Assembly (NCBI GenBank): GCA_023269615.1
Contig: JAHFSY010000020.1
Span: 3,873-67,872, forward strand
Direction: 5' to 3'
Source of the DNA: Verrucomicrobiota bacterium
Lineage (GTDB): Bacteria; Verrucomicrobiota; Verrucomicrobiia; JABWAM01
Length of the DNA: 64,000 nucleotides
Shown: one piece after another, positions 17,984-28,568 of the stretch
Layout of the letters: each line of letters begins with the position of its first letter
How positions within the stretch are numbered: position 1 is the first letter of the stretch
Notes under the pieces: model-generated
The model's database searches: none
Seen by the model: the letters and a program-made list of their open reading frames with translations, nothing else
What the model was told of the DNA's origin: nothing
Program-made: the position numbers and the translations under genes

Positions 17984-18009
17984 TCCTGCACAGATAAGCG
18001 GCAAAATTT

Positions 18010-19038
18010 ATGAGCAAGAAACGATTGGGAATGTTAACCGGAGGCGGCGACTGCCCCGGCCTCAATGCGGTCATCCGCGCGATCGCCCGCAAGGGCATGC
18101 AGGATGGCTACGAAATTGTCGGCATCCGCAATGGCTGGAAGGGTATGATCGAAAAGGATTTCATGATCCTTGACCGCGGCTCGGTCACGGGCATCCTTCA
18201 TCGCGGCGGCACGATCCTGGGCACGTCGCGCACCAACCCCCGCAAGATGGATGGCGCCGTGGAGCGCATCTTCCAGAATTTCAAGGATCTCAGCCTCGAT
18301 GTGCTCATTGCCATCGGCGGCGATGACACGCTGGGCGTCGCGTATGACCTTTACCAAAAAGGGCTCGCCACAATCGGCGTGCCCAAAACGATTGATAACG
18401 ATTTGCCCGGCACCGATTACACGTTTGGCTACGATACGGCGGTCAACATCGCGATGGAGGCCATCGACCGCTTGCACAGCACCGCCGAATCGCATCACCG
18501 TGTGCTCGTCGTGGAACTCATGGGACGCCACGCCGGATGGATCACCATCGGCGCGGGCATGGCCGGCGGGGCCGACTTCATTCTCATCCCCGAATTCCCC
18601 ATGACCATGGAAGAGGTTGCCGGCCAGATCAAGAGCCGCCATTCAAAGGGCCGCACCTTCAGCATCATCGCCGTCGCCGAGGGCTTCAAAATCTCGGGAA
18701 TGGACGTCACGCAGACGAAGGAGAAGGACGCATTCGGCAACGTGCGTCTCGGCGGGGTGGGGGAGATCGTGGCGCGTGAACTGGAGAAGCTCACGGGCTT
18801 TGAAACCCGCTTCGTGGTGCTCGGGCACGTGCAGCGCGGCGGTGAGCCCACTGCCTTCGATCGCATCCTGGGCACGCGGTACGGGCTCAAGGCGGCGGAG
18901 CTTGCGAGCAAGGGGCAATTCGGGAAGATGGTCGCCCTGCGCGGAACCGAGATCATCACCACCGACCTCCAGGCCGTCACCAAGAGCCGGCTCGTGCCGA
19001 GGGAATTGTACGAGGACGCCAAGGTCTTCTTCGGCTGA
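18010..19038 (+). CDS. pfkA: 6-phosphofructokinase; the GGDDT motif suggests it may be PPi-dependent
   Basis: MLTGGGDCPGLNAVIRAI and IGGDDTLGVA. Established knowledge: Asp after GGD is typical of PPi-PFKs, where ATP-PFKs have GGDGS. Confidence 0.85.
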   Translation: MSKKRLGMLTGGGDCPGLNAVIRAIARKGMQDGYEIVGIRNGWKGMIEKDFMILDRGSVTGILHRGGTILGTSRTNPRKMDGAVERIFQNFKDLSLDVLIAIGGDDTLGVAYDLYQKGLATIGVPKTIDNDLPGTDYTFGYDTAVNIAMEAIDRLHSTAESHHRVLVVELMGRHAGWITIGAGMAGGADFILIPEFPMTMEEVAGQIKSRHSKGRTFSIIAVAEGFKISGMDVTQTKEKDAFGNVRLGGVGEIVARELEKLTGFETRFVVLGHVQRGGEPTAFDRILGTRYGLKAAELASKGQFGKMVALRGTEIITTDLQAVTKSRLVPRELYEDAKVFFG

Positions 19039-20015
19039 TGGCTTCTCTTGAGGGCAAAAGCGTGGTGGTCACCGGAGGCGCCGGCTTCATCGGCAGCCAT
19101 CTCGTGGACGCCATTGCCGCGAAAAAACCGTCGCGCCTCGTCGCCCTCGACAACTTTTTTCTGGGCAATCGGGACAATCTCAAGGACGCCTCCGCGCGTT
19201 TTCCAAAGCTGGAGATCGTGGACCTTGACGCCACCGATCTTCCGAAGCTCCGTCGCTTTTTCGAAACGAAACCCGTGGACGTGGTTTTTGACCTCGCCAC
19301 GATTCCTCTTCCAGCCTCGCTCGAAAAACCGCACTGGTCGTCGAAAGTCATCTGCGACCTCGCGCTGAACCTCTGCGAATTATGCCGCGAGGGCGCGTTC
19401 AAGACGCTGATCCATTGTTCCTCCTCCGAGGCGTACGGGTCCGCGCAATACGTGCCGATGGACGAGGAGCATCCGTTGAAGACCGAGACGCCCTACGCGG
19501 CGGCGAAGGCGGCGGCTGCGTTGCTGGTGGATTCCTATCGCCGCACATTCGGCATGGACATGGCGATCGGGCGACCCTTCAACAACTACGGCCCGAGGCA
19601 GAACGGCCGCGATTTTTCCGGCATCATCCCGCGCCTCATCCAGCGGATCATGAAAGGCGAAACACCCGTGATCTTTGGCGACGGCAAACAGACCCGCGAT
19701 TACCTGCACGCAAACGACACCGCGCGCGGACTGGTGCTGCTCTACGAAACGGAATCCGCACGGGGCCAGACCGTGAACCTCGCCAGCGGCCAGGAGCTCA
19801 GCGTCCTGCAGATTGTGGAGGATGTGTCCCGCTTGATGGACTGGAAGAAACCGCCGAAGTTTGATCCGCCGCGACCCGCCGACGTGCGCCGCCATTGCGC
19901 CGGAGTGGAGAAGGCCCGCAAACTGCTGAATTTTGCGCCGCAAGTCGGGTGGAAAAAAGGAATCGAGGAAACCGTCCGCTGGTACCAGGCGAATCCCGGG
20001 CGTCTGTCTCCGTGA
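19038..20015 (+). CDS. NAD-dependent epimerase/dehydratase family protein (extended SDR)
   Basis: VVVTGGAGFIGSHLV and YAAAK motifs. Its ATG overlaps the pfk stop. Confidence 0.75.
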   Translation: MASLEGKSVVVTGGAGFIGSHLVDAIAAKKPSRLVALDNFFLGNRDNLKDASARFPKLEIVDLDATDLPKLRRFFETKPVDVVFDLATIPLPASLEKPHWSSKVICDLALNLCELCREGAFKTLIHCSSSEAYGSAQYVPMDEEHPLKTETPYAAAKAAAALLVDSYRRTFGMDMAIGRPFNNYGPRQNGRDFSGIIPRLIQRIMKGETPVIFGDGKQTRDYLHANDTARGLVLLYETESARGQTVNLASGQELSVLQIVEDVSRLMDWKKPPKFDPPRPADVRRHCAGVEKARKLLNFAPQVGWKKGIEETVRWYQANPGRLSP

Positions 20016-20830
20016 GCCTGCTTTTAAAATATCAACGCAGCGCACGCGAGGAAGCTATCCGCTGCTTGATTAAACTGGGGATTGCGGCGGTCATCATATT
20101 GCTTTTGCTATGTTATTTGCATTCAAAGTCACCGGGTCCCGGGGTCTATGTTATTTCGCTGGGAATCTGGCTCATTGCGGCCATTTTTTCTCTCGTTACC
20201 AATGTGATTCCACATTGGAAGAGCCCCAAAAGCTTTGAATTCGTCATCACAGACACATGGGTCGAATCCTCCAGCCCGCATCCAAACTTTGGCAAAAATT
20301 TTCGTGTCAAGATGGACGACATTGTCGAGATCAGGGAGGAGCGCTACGCCAGGGCTCCCACATCCTATTTCATCGTTCTACGTGACGAAACGGCGTTTCA
20401 GATCACGGCTGATTACGGAAACCCCGTAGGTCGAATCGTCTCGACAATTCAAACCCTGAAATCCCGGCCGGTGCCCAAGGTTTTCATGGGTTCATTGGTT
20501 CGGCGGCTGCTTGCCGGATTTCTGGATGAAGTTTTTAAATGGCCGAAAACGAGGGTGTTGAATCCGCATGAGGACATGACTTCATCAGCGGCCGGGAAAG
20601 AAAAACTCGGAGATATTCAATCGCTTTGGATGCCGCTGGAGGATCATGAGCTGGATGTTCTCATCGCGCGCGCAAGACGGTTGAGCAAGGAGGGGCAGGA
20701 CGCGATATCACGAGATGTTGACCTCTGGATTGCTGCCGACAACTCCCCAAGTTGTGGCGCCGAGATGGCGTCAAACGTGTGGGAGATCAAAAAAATTCTT
20801 CGCAAGTATCTTGCGCGGTATGGTGGGTAG
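20012..20830 (+). CDS. hypothetical membrane protein (2 predicted TM helices plus cytoplasmic domain), lower-GC
   Basis: GTG start overlapping the upstream TGA (GTGA). Hydrophobic segments LGIAAVIILLLLCYL and VISLGIWLIAAIFSLV. GC of 20040-20500 is about 45-50%. Confidence 0.5.
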   Translation: MSLLLKYQRSAREEAIRCLIKLGIAAVIILLLLCYLHSKSPGPGVYVISLGIWLIAAIFSLVTNVIPHWKSPKSFEFVITDTWVESSSPHPNFGKNFRVKMDDIVEIREERYARAPTSYFIVLRDETAFQITADYGNPVGRIVSTIQTLKSRPVPKVFMGSLVRRLLAGFLDEVFKWPKTRVLNPHEDMTSSAAGKEKLGDIQSLWMPLEDHELDVLIARARRLSKEGQDAISRDVDLWIAADNSPSCGAEMASNVWEIKKILRKYLARYGG

Positions 20831-20925
20831 GGGGCGGCATTCCATTCTGCGTTTTCAGCTTGCCCCGTCCCCGGGCTGTCGGTACGTTCCACGCCTCGGT
20901 TTTCAATTTTTAACGACCTGAATTT

Positions 20926-21483
20926 ATGGCTACTGCAAATGATGTCCGCAAGGGGATGGCGATCAAGTATGGCGGGGAGGTTTGCATTGTCCTCGATACC
21001 CAGCACCGCACGCCGGGCAACCTTCGCGCATTCGTCCAGGCCACCATTCGCAGCATCAAGACGGGAAAGTCCTCCAACGTCCGGTTCGCTTCCACTGAGC
21101 CGATCGAGACGGTGCCCCTCAACCGCCGCAAGCTCGAGTACAGCTACAAGGATGGCAGCGGCTACTCATTCATGGATGCGGGAACCTTCGAGTCCATCAC
21201 GTTGCAGGAGGACCTCGTTGGTTCGTGCAAGGATTACCTCGTGGAAGGATCGGTCTGTGAAATCATGTTCAACGACGAAATTCCCGTCCAGGTCGAGCTC
21301 CCTCCCAGCGTGAGCCTGAAAGTGGTGGAGTCGCCTGAAGGTGTGCGCGGCGATTCATCGGGCAACGTGCAGAAGCACGCGCTGCTCGAGACGGGAATCA
21401 CCGTCAACGTCCCGCTTTTCATCAAGGAAGGTGAAATGATCAAGATCGACACGCGAACGGGGCAGTACATGGGAAGGTCTTGA
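20926..21483 (+). CDS. efp: elongation factor P
   Basis: Full-length match to the EF-P three-domain architecture (KOW-like N-terminus and two OB-fold domains). Confidence 0.9.
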   Translation: MATANDVRKGMAIKYGGEVCIVLDTQHRTPGNLRAFVQATIRSIKTGKSSNVRFASTEPIETVPLNRRKLEYSYKDGSGYSFMDAGTFESITLQEDLVGSCKDYLVEGSVCEIMFNDEIPVQVELPPSVSLKVVESPEGVRGDSSGNVQKHALLETGITVNVPLFIKEGEMIKIDTRTGQYMGRS

Positions 21484-21495
21484 GAGGCGGCGGTT

Positions 21496-21601
21496 GGTGG
21501 TAGGGCGTGCTCGCCGAGCGCGCCGAAACGGTGATACGTGGAAAGTGGACGTGTGATTTCGATGGAGAACGACGGCGCGCTCGGCGAGCACGCCCTACCA
21601 C
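21496..21601. repeat. perfect 29-bp inverted repeat (ggtggtagggcgtgctcgccgagcgcgccg / cggcgcgctcggcgagcacgccctaccac) with a ~45-nt loop, 3' of efp
   Basis: The arms are exact reverse complements. The strong hairpin could act as a terminator or REP-like element. Confidence 0.6.
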
Positions 21602-21640
21602 GGACCCGATGTCAGATCGGCTTGAGTTGTGATCGTTGCA

Positions 21641-22288
21641 ATGTGTATCCTTCGTCTGATGTTTCAAATCCGCACCTTGCTGTTGATGGGAATGATGGCA
21701 TTGCTGTTCGCCTGTTCCAGCACCAGCACTTCCAATCGGAAGGATATGCAGCGCGTGGTCTGCAAGCTGGTGGGCGTGGAGAAGGATGTTGCGTTATTCG
21801 AAAACCGTCGCACGGAGCCGGATGGAAAACTCATTGCCGTCTGGACCAACCGGGTGGACTACAAGAGTCTTGCGCTGGACGGAAAAAAGGAGAACCCCCT
21901 CAAGGCGGCGGTGGATGATTATGTGAAGGAGCTGAAAGTCAAGGCTGAGGACGGAGATCCCGCCAGGCAGTATCAGGTGGGACTCTTGTACGAGGCGGGG
22001 CGTTTTGTGGCGAAGGATGACCCGCAGGCGCTGATGTGGTTCCTGCGGGCGGGGATGCAGGGGCACGCTGGCGCGCAGCATGAGCTCGGGCTGATGTACC
22101 AGTTCGGACAGAGCGCCCCGCAGGATTACGTGGAGGCGTACAAGTGGTTCGAGCTTTCCGCCAAGGGCGGTGAGAAGTGGTCCGAGGAAAACCGCAAGGC
22201 GCTGGCCGGATACATGATCTGGGCCCAGGTGACGGAGGCCAAAAAACGCGCAGCCGACTTCAAGCCCATCAAGGAATCAGGCAAATGA
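21641..22288 (+). CDS. Sel1-repeat lipoprotein
   Basis: Lipobox LLFACSS. Sel1 repeats (GLLYEAGRFVAKDDPQALMWF, ELGLMYQFGQSAPQDYVEAYKWF). Confidence 0.7.
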   Translation: MCILRLMFQIRTLLLMGMMALLFACSSTSTSNRKDMQRVVCKLVGVEKDVALFENRRTEPDGKLIAVWTNRVDYKSLALDGKKENPLKAAVDDYVKELKVKAEDGDPARQYQVGLLYEAGRFVAKDDPQALMWFLRAGMQGHAGAQHELGLMYQFGQSAPQDYVEAYKWFELSAKGGEKWSEENRKALAGYMIWAQVTEAKKRAADFKPIKESGK

Positions 22289-22355
22289 TTCTAAAACCAT
22301 GAATGTTTAGGAGTCAGGAGACAGGAGCCAGAATCCAGAAGGTGAGAAATTCGGG

Positions 22356-23438
22356 CTAATTCACGAGGGAGATTGCGTCAAGGATCGCACGGTCGGTTAG
22401 AGGGATGCCGGTGACGACTTTGCCGATTCGTTTTGCGAGGACGAAGCGGATCTGGCCGTGGGCGGATTTTTTGTCCAGGCGCATCGCGGCGAGGATGCAG
22501 GATGGTTTCAGACGTTTCTTGGGACGTACTTGCAGTCCGGCTCTTGCGATGAGTGTGCGAATGCGTTGGGTGTCGGATCGTGGAAGCGATGAAAGTTTTT
22601 CGGAAAGTTGTGTGGCGGCGATCATTCCGAGGGCGATGGCTTCGCCGTGCAGGAGCTTGTAGCGTGCCGCCGACTCGATTCCGTGGCCGATCGTGTGGCC
22701 GAAATTCAGGATGGCGCGCAGGCCGGTGATTTCACGTTCATCGCGCGACACCACGCGCGCCTTGATCGCGCAGCAACGATGGATGACCCATGCGAGCTCG
22801 CGCGGGTTGCGGTGCAGGAGGAGGGTGAGATTTTTTTCCAGACGTCGGAAGAGGGGGGCGTCGGCAATGACGCCGTACTTGATGACCTCGGCGAGGCCGG
22901 AGCGGTATTCGCGTGTGGGGAGGGTCTTGAGCGCGGTGGGATCCACGATCACGAGGGAGGGCTGGTGGAAGGCGCCCACGAGATTTTTTCCGCCGGGAAG
23001 GTTGACGCCGGTCTTTCCGCCGATGGCGCTGTCCACTTGCGCGACAAGCGTGGTGGGGATGTGGATGATGCGGATGCCGCGCAGGTAGGTTGCGGCGAAA
23101 AAGCCGGCAACATCGCCGATCACTCCGCCGCCGATGGCGATGATCGTGGACTGGCGATCGAGGCGCGCGCGTGAGGCGGCTTTGTAAAGACGCGGAAGCG
23201 TGGAAATGTCCTTGGTGGGCTCGCCGCCGCGAAGCCATGCTGTTCCGGCGTGCCGTGAGCCAAGAGCTTGGGCGACACGACGGGCAAGCGGCCGCAGGCG
23301 CGCGTCGCATACGATGAGCGCGCGGGTGTCTCGCAGCACAGGGGCGCTTCGGATGGAGGAGGCGATGATGCCGTCACCGATCACGATCCTGTGGGAGCGC
23401 GGGCCGAGGGGAAGGAAGATTGTGCTGCTACGCGACAC
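22356..23438 (-). CDS. aroB: 3-dehydroquinate synthase
   Basis: GGGVIGD ... NFGHTIGHGIE. GTG start inferred. A heptamer repeat abuts the start. Confidence 0.85.
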   Translation of the reverse strand: MSRSSTIFLPLGPRSHRIVIGDGIIASSIRSAPVLRDTRALIVCDARLRPLARRVAQALGSRHAGTAWLRGGEPTKDISTLPRLYKAASRARLDRQSTIIAIGGGVIGDVAGFFAATYLRGIRIIHIPTTLVAQVDSAIGGKTGVNLPGGKNLVGAFHQPSLVIVDPTALKTLPTREYRSGLAEVIKYGVIADAPLFRRLEKNLTLLLHRNPRELAWVIHRCCAIKARVVSRDEREITGLRAILNFGHTIGHGIESAARYKLLHGEAIALGMIAATQLSEKLSSLPRSDTQRIRTLIARAGLQVRPKKRLKPSCILAAMRLDKKSAHGQIRFVLAKRIGKVVTGIPLTDRAILDAISLVN

Positions 23439-23439
23439 A

Positions 23440-23470
23440 AATTTGAGATTTGAGATTTAAAATCTGAGAT
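23440..23470. repeat. GATTTGA-type heptanucleotide tract (aaatttga gatttga gatttaa aatctga), followed by tctttgcg x3
   Basis: Same repeat unit as the tracts inside the heparinase-like ORF. Sits immediately 5' of aroB. Confidence 0.5.
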
Positions 23471-23521
23471 TGCGGCTTTTCAGTCTTTGCGCCTTTGCGT
23501 CTTTGCGCGAGACTTCTTTCC

Positions 23522-24631
23522 TCACACCGCTCCATCCGATGCTTCGACGATCCAGGACTTGGGTTCCTTGCCGCTTTTTTCGCGATACTGGCGGGTGAGT
23601 TCGGCGGCGAAGGCATCGGCTTCGGCGCGATAGACCATGCTGAGGGTGCAGCCGGCGAAGCCGCCGCCGGTGAGCCTTGCCCCGACGCAGGATGGCTGGT
23701 CCTTTGCAATCGCGACGAGCTGGTCGAGAAATGGCGTGCTGTTTTCAAATGCTTCGCGCGAGCTTTCCTGCGACTCGTACATGAGCTTGCCGAGCGCCTC
23801 GATGTCGTTGCGCAGGATCGATTCCTTTGCATGGAGGACGCGCTCGTTTTCAGTGGTGATGTGCATGGCGCGCTGGAAGACGCGGGGCAGGAAAAGACCG
23901 GCGTTGGTGCGCACGTCTTCGCTTTTGATGTCGCGAAGCGCCTTCACGTCGATTTTGGCCATATTGAGAAGCTTGACGGCCTCGGCGCATTCGGAGCGTC
24001 GCGCACTGAACTTGGAGGAGAGCATCATGGACTTCACGCCCGGGTGGCAGACGACGAAGCAGAGGTCGGGGTGCAGCGGCACAAGCTCGGCGCTTTCGTC
24101 GCGGAAATCGAGGAAGACCACGTGATCCTTTTTTCCCATCACCGAGACGGCGGGATCGAAGATGCTGGATTTGACGCCGACGAACTCATTTTCGCCCGCC
24201 TTGCAAAGTGCGGCGACGCCCATGCGGACCGTGGGGTCGTTGATGTCGCCCCATTCGAGCCCGAACGCCTTCTGGAGGAAGAACACCAAGGCGGTTTCGA
24301 CGGCGGCGCTGGAGCCGAGGGCGGCATCCTCGGGCATGGGGTTGCTCACCGTCGCCTCGAAGCCGCGCAGCGGGGCGCCGGCCTTCACCATCTGGTCAAT
24401 GACTCCCTTGCATGTGTCGGCCCACGGCGCGCTGGGATTTTTCTTGATGGCTTCGATGGGAAAACTTTCGTCACCCGAGCCTTCGATGTGAAGGGTCACC
24501 GTGCTGTTGTCGCGGGGTTCGCCCTGGACGGTGGCGCCCATGTTGACGGCGAAAGCGAGGGCATAGCCCTCGTTGTAATCGGTGTGATTGCCGAGGAGTT
24601 CGATGCGGCCGGGTGCGTAGGCGGAAACCAT
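23522..24631 (-). CDS. galK: galactokinase-like GHMP kinase
   Basis: APGRIELLGNHTDYNEGY galactokinase signature and the GHMP motif PLGSSAAV-like region. Confidence 0.8.
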   Translation of the reverse strand: MVSAYAPGRIELLGNHTDYNEGYALAFAVNMGATVQGEPRDNSTVTLHIEGSGDESFPIEAIKKNPSAPWADTCKGVIDQMVKAGAPLRGFEATVSNPMPEDAALGSSAAVETALVFFLQKAFGLEWGDINDPTVRMGVAALCKAGENEFVGVKSSIFDPAVSVMGKKDHVVFLDFRDESAELVPLHPDLCFVVCHPGVKSMMLSSKFSARRSECAEAVKLLNMAKIDVKALRDIKSEDVRTNAGLFLPRVFQRAMHITTENERVLHAKESILRNDIEALGKLMYESQESSREAFENSTPFLDQLVAIAKDQPSCVGARLTGGGFAGCTLSMVYRAEADAFAAELTRQYREKSGKEPKSWIVEASDGAV

Positions 24632-24706
24632 GCGGGATTTATGGAATAAAAGTCTGGAAATGAAAAATCAAAAAGCGTGATTTTTGGCATGGGGGGAAGC
24701 TAGGCT

Positions 24707-25762
<1,056 letters not shown>

Positions 25763-25867
25763 AGAGCACGTGTTGATTGACACGATCTTGGACTTGATCG
25801 TTCATTTCATGGCTGGGAATATGAAGCCCGTATGTGTCCGGCGACAGCAAACGGCCTAAAAAGCCAT

Positions 25868-25901
25868 GCAACCTTTTGGCTCATATGAGCAAAAAGGTTG
25901 C
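25868..25901. promoter_or_regulatory. 34-bp near-perfect palindrome (gcaacctttt ggctcatatgagc aaaaaggttgc) inside an AT-rich islet
   Basis: Outer 10-bp arms are exact and the inner gctcatatgagc is self-complementary. Looks like a dimeric-repressor operator, or could act as a terminator hairpin. Confidence 0.35.
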
Positions 25902-26133
25902 AGAGAACAGACGTCCGCATTTTCGCAATGTGACAATAATTGGAGCGACACCTTGCTCGTTTAGTAATACTTTATGAAAAAGTGATTGCAGATTCCTACG
26001 ATTTCAACGGGATCCGCGTCGTGTTTGAGGCGGTGGAGGGAATGTGCCGCCGGTTGTGGTTGGCCGCGATGGCTCAAGCGGATCTTAACAAATCGCGGCC
26101 TGACACTTTTGATTGGTGAAGTCAAAACACCGC

Positions 26134-26559
26134 TCAACTGCTTTTGAGATGCTTTTCGAAACCTGGCATCCATTCGGGCTTGGATGAAAATGACAGCCCA
26201 ACAATTGTCCATGAATCCTTCGGACGGTAGCACTGGAAGGTGAAAAATAGTGGAGCTTTTTCGAAGCGAACTAGAATGTGTATCTCTCGATAAAACGGAC
26301 TCGCGTCGACTTCCTTGATTAAACTGGTGCCGATGAAGGCTCCATATGTTTTCTCCGCAAGGCTCATTTGTTCTAGAAATATTTTTTTCTTCGCTTCCTG
26401 CTGGCTTCCATAATTCACATTCCACGTTTTCCAGGCCGCCTCAGCTCCGGTTTTTTGGTACGCGTCAAACCCCTTTGTAATAAAATCCGGAATGTCCTCT
26501 GCAAAAGAAGAGGCCATCAATGCGAGGCCAAACAAGATAAATGCCCGAGATTTTTTCAT
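26134..26559 (-). CDS. hypothetical secreted protein (~141 aa) in an AT-rich islet
   Basis: Signal peptide MKKSRAFILFGLALMASSFA. Local GC about 45%. No recognisable domain. Confidence 0.5.
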   Translation of the reverse strand: MKKSRAFILFGLALMASSFAEDIPDFITKGFDAYQKTGAEAAWKTWNVNYGSQQEAKKKIFLEQMSLAEKTYGAFIGTSLIKEVDASPFYREIHILVRFEKAPLFFTFQCYRPKDSWTIVGLSFSSKPEWMPGFEKHLKSS

Positions 26560-26588
26560 AGGATCAGTGATTGTTTGCGTGGTTTCTT

Positions 26589-27167
26589 TTACTGTAAAAA
26601 TGCCGACGGCGCGGGATCTTCCTTCAGCGCGGACTTGAGGACGGCGGTGTGCCAGCATTCGCAGCCGACGATTGAGATCGCGGCGACCACGAGGCCGTGA
26701 TCGCTTAAATCGCCGGCGCCTTGTGCGTAGGAAAAGGCGGCGAGTTCCTCGATGGATACGGCCAGCTTGAGAATGTCATCCTGGCTGGCGAGTACGCCGA
26801 AATCATATTTCTCCATGGCTTCCACCGGTTTTGCGCCGAGGGACTGGATGGTTTTTGTGAGTTTGTCGCGATGCTGCTCGTGGTGGCCTTTGAATTTTAG
26901 TGCAACGGGGGAGATGGTGGCGTCGAGGAGGTTGGATGCGATTCCTGCTGCGTATGCGGCGATTCCCTTGTGTTCGAGGGCGAGCGCGTCTTGCAGGATT
27001 TTGACGTCGTTTCCGCTCGAGCCCGTGGATTCCTTCATGCGCGCGGTGGGGCGCGGTTCGTTGTTGCTGGATGAAGTGGTGCAGCCGGAGAGCGTCACGA
27101 AAGCGCCGACAGCGCCGGCCCATTTGAGGAAGTCGCGGCGGTTTTTAGGGGAGTGCGTGGTGTTCAT
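26589..27167 (-). CDS. Tat-signal ferritin-like domain protein
   Basis: RRDFLKWAGAVGAF Tat motif and ferritin-like helices (ALALEHKGIAAY ... ELAAFSYAQG). The 393-aa track ORF is an over-extension in an S/P-rich frame. Confidence 0.55.
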   Translation of the reverse strand: MNTTHSPKNRRDFLKWAGAVGAFVTLSGCTTSSSNNEPRPTARMKESTGSSGNDVKILQDALALEHKGIAAYAAGIASNLLDATISPVALKFKGHHEQHRDKLTKTIQSLGAKPVEAMEKYDFGVLASQDDILKLAVSIEELAAFSYAQGAGDLSDHGLVVAAISIVGCECWHTAVLKSALKEDPAPSAFLQ

Positions 27168-27231
27168 CGGGGGAGGTGGGGCAGGATGATTTGGTGCGTG
27201 GTGTGGACACGACGGAGCGTGTCCCTCCGTT

Positions 27232-28524
27232 TTATGGCTTCGCCAGTGCCTGGATGATCGGGGACGAGTCCTTGGCGGCGAGTTCGTCGGCTTTTGAATC
27301 CTTGAGAAGCTTGAGCATGGCGAGGGCGTGGAATCTCGCGTGTTCCGGTGCGCTGGATTGGGCCACGGCAAGGAGGCGGGGGGCCAGGCTGCTGGAACCG
27401 TTTTTTGCGAGCTGGTAGAGGCGATCACGGGCTGCCATTTCCTCGGCGGGATTTTGTGACTGCAGTTTTTTGACGAGGACGCTTTCCGAATTTTTGTAAA
27501 GGCTGTCGGCGACGCCGGCGATGACTCCGATGAGGACGGCGATCCCGGCGGCGAGCGCGAGGGGAAAACCCTGGCGGGCGCGGCGGCGTTTGCGCAGTTG
27601 CTTGTGCAATTCGTCCACGCTGCGGCCGCCTGTGACGGTGGGCGTTTCGGTGACCCCGAGGATGTCGTTGATGATGGTGATGATTTCGTCCGCGCTCTGG
27701 AATCGTTCGGAGGGTTGTTTTGCGAGCGCCATGGCGACGAGGTTTTGCACCTCGGGCGGGAATTTTGCATCGAGCGCCGGCGGCGGTTCCTGCGTGTGCA
27801 AATTATAGAATTCGGCCAGCGTCTTTCCCGAAAACGGCAGTTTGCCCGTCAACAATTCGTGCATCATGATGCCGAGCGAATAGAGGTCGGAGGTGGTGCC
27901 GGGCTTGAGGGGCTTGCCATCGGGGCCTTCGAGTCCGAACTGTTCGGGTGACATGTAGGGGGGGGTGCCGACCATCGCGCCGGTTTGCGTGAGCTGCTTC
28001 ATGTCGGGCTTTTCATCCACCATGCGGGCGATGCCGAAGTCGAGCACCTGCACCATTTCTCCGCCCTCGGGAGTTTGTGCAAGGACGACGTTGTCGGGCT
28101 TCAGGTCGCGATGGACGATTCCTTCGCGATGCGCCACCTGCAGCGCCTTGGCGACCTGTCGGATATAATCCAGCGCGACGTCCATGGGCAGAGCGCCCTT
28201 GTCGCGAAGCGCCTTGCTGAGGGAGCGCCCTTTCACAAAATCCATCACCAGGTAAAAAATGCCATCCTTGGTGCGGCCGAAATCGTAGGTCGTGACGATG
28301 TGCGGGCTGCGCAGGCGGCTGGCGAGCTGGGCTTCGCGCTGGAAGCGCTCGATGAAATGTTCGTCCGATGAAAACTGCGGCAGCATCAGCTTGATGGCCA
28401 CCTCGCGCTGCATGAGCAGGTGCTGCCCGAGGAAAACACACGCCATCCCGCCCTGGCCGATTTTTTCAATCAGGACATACTTGCCCTCAATCGTCTGGCC
28501 GATCAGTTGATCGTACATGTCCAT
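27232..28524 (-). CDS. Hanks-type Ser/Thr protein kinase with C-terminal TM helix and extracytoplasmic tail
   Basis: GQGGMACVF ... AIK ... HRDLKPDNVVL ... DFG ... SPEQ. TM helix LALAAGIAVLIGVIAGV. Confidence 0.85.
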   Translation of the reverse strand: MDMYDQLIGQTIEGKYVLIEKIGQGGMACVFLGQHLLMQREVAIKLMLPQFSSDEHFIERFQREAQLASRLRSPHIVTTYDFGRTKDGIFYLVMDFVKGRSLSKALRDKGALPMDVALDYIRQVAKALQVAHREGIVHRDLKPDNVVLAQTPEGGEMVQVLDFGIARMVDEKPDMKQLTQTGAMVGTPPYMSPEQFGLEGPDGKPLKPGTTSDLYSLGIMMHELLTGKLPFSGKTLAEFYNLHTQEPPPALDAKFPPEVQNLVAMALAKQPSERFQSADEIITIINDILGVTETPTVTGGRSVDELHKQLRKRRRARQGFPLALAAGIAVLIGVIAGVADSLYKNSESVLVKKLQSQNPAEEMAARDRLYQLAKNGSSSLAPRLLAVAQSSAPEHARFHALAMLKLLKDSKADELAAKDSSPIIQALAKP

Positions 28525-28568
28525 GCTGAAAATTACGGATTACGGAATTTGACCGGGCAGCGTGGTTG

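Noticed and set aside
16241-18004. 587-aa minus-strand ORF opposite accC/pfk, plus many other long antisense ORFs (e.g. 23495-24649, 29604-30797, 30737-32092, 57122-58147, 60595-61863, 8811-9728, 6576-7925, 4481-5359, 13114-13857)
   Set aside because: High-GC antisense-frame artefacts. Their translations are Arg/Ala/Gly/Pro-rich with no domain signatures, and each overlaps a well-supported gene on the other strand.
20260-20285. tRNA-like T-loop sequence gggtcgaatcc
   Set aside because: No complementary T-stem, acceptor stem or CCA-proximal structure around it. It lies inside a protein-coding ORF.
25961-26425. 154-aa ORF in the AT-rich islet
   Set aside because: Overlaps the better-supported signal-peptide ORF (26134-26559) in another frame. 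Low-GC DNA yields long spurious ORFs.
26589-27770. 393-aa track ORF as a single gene
   Set aside because: The N-terminal ~200 aa are an S/P/R-rich out-of-context frame. Only the C-terminal 192 aa (Tat signal plus ferritin-like domain, 26589-27167) look like a real protein.
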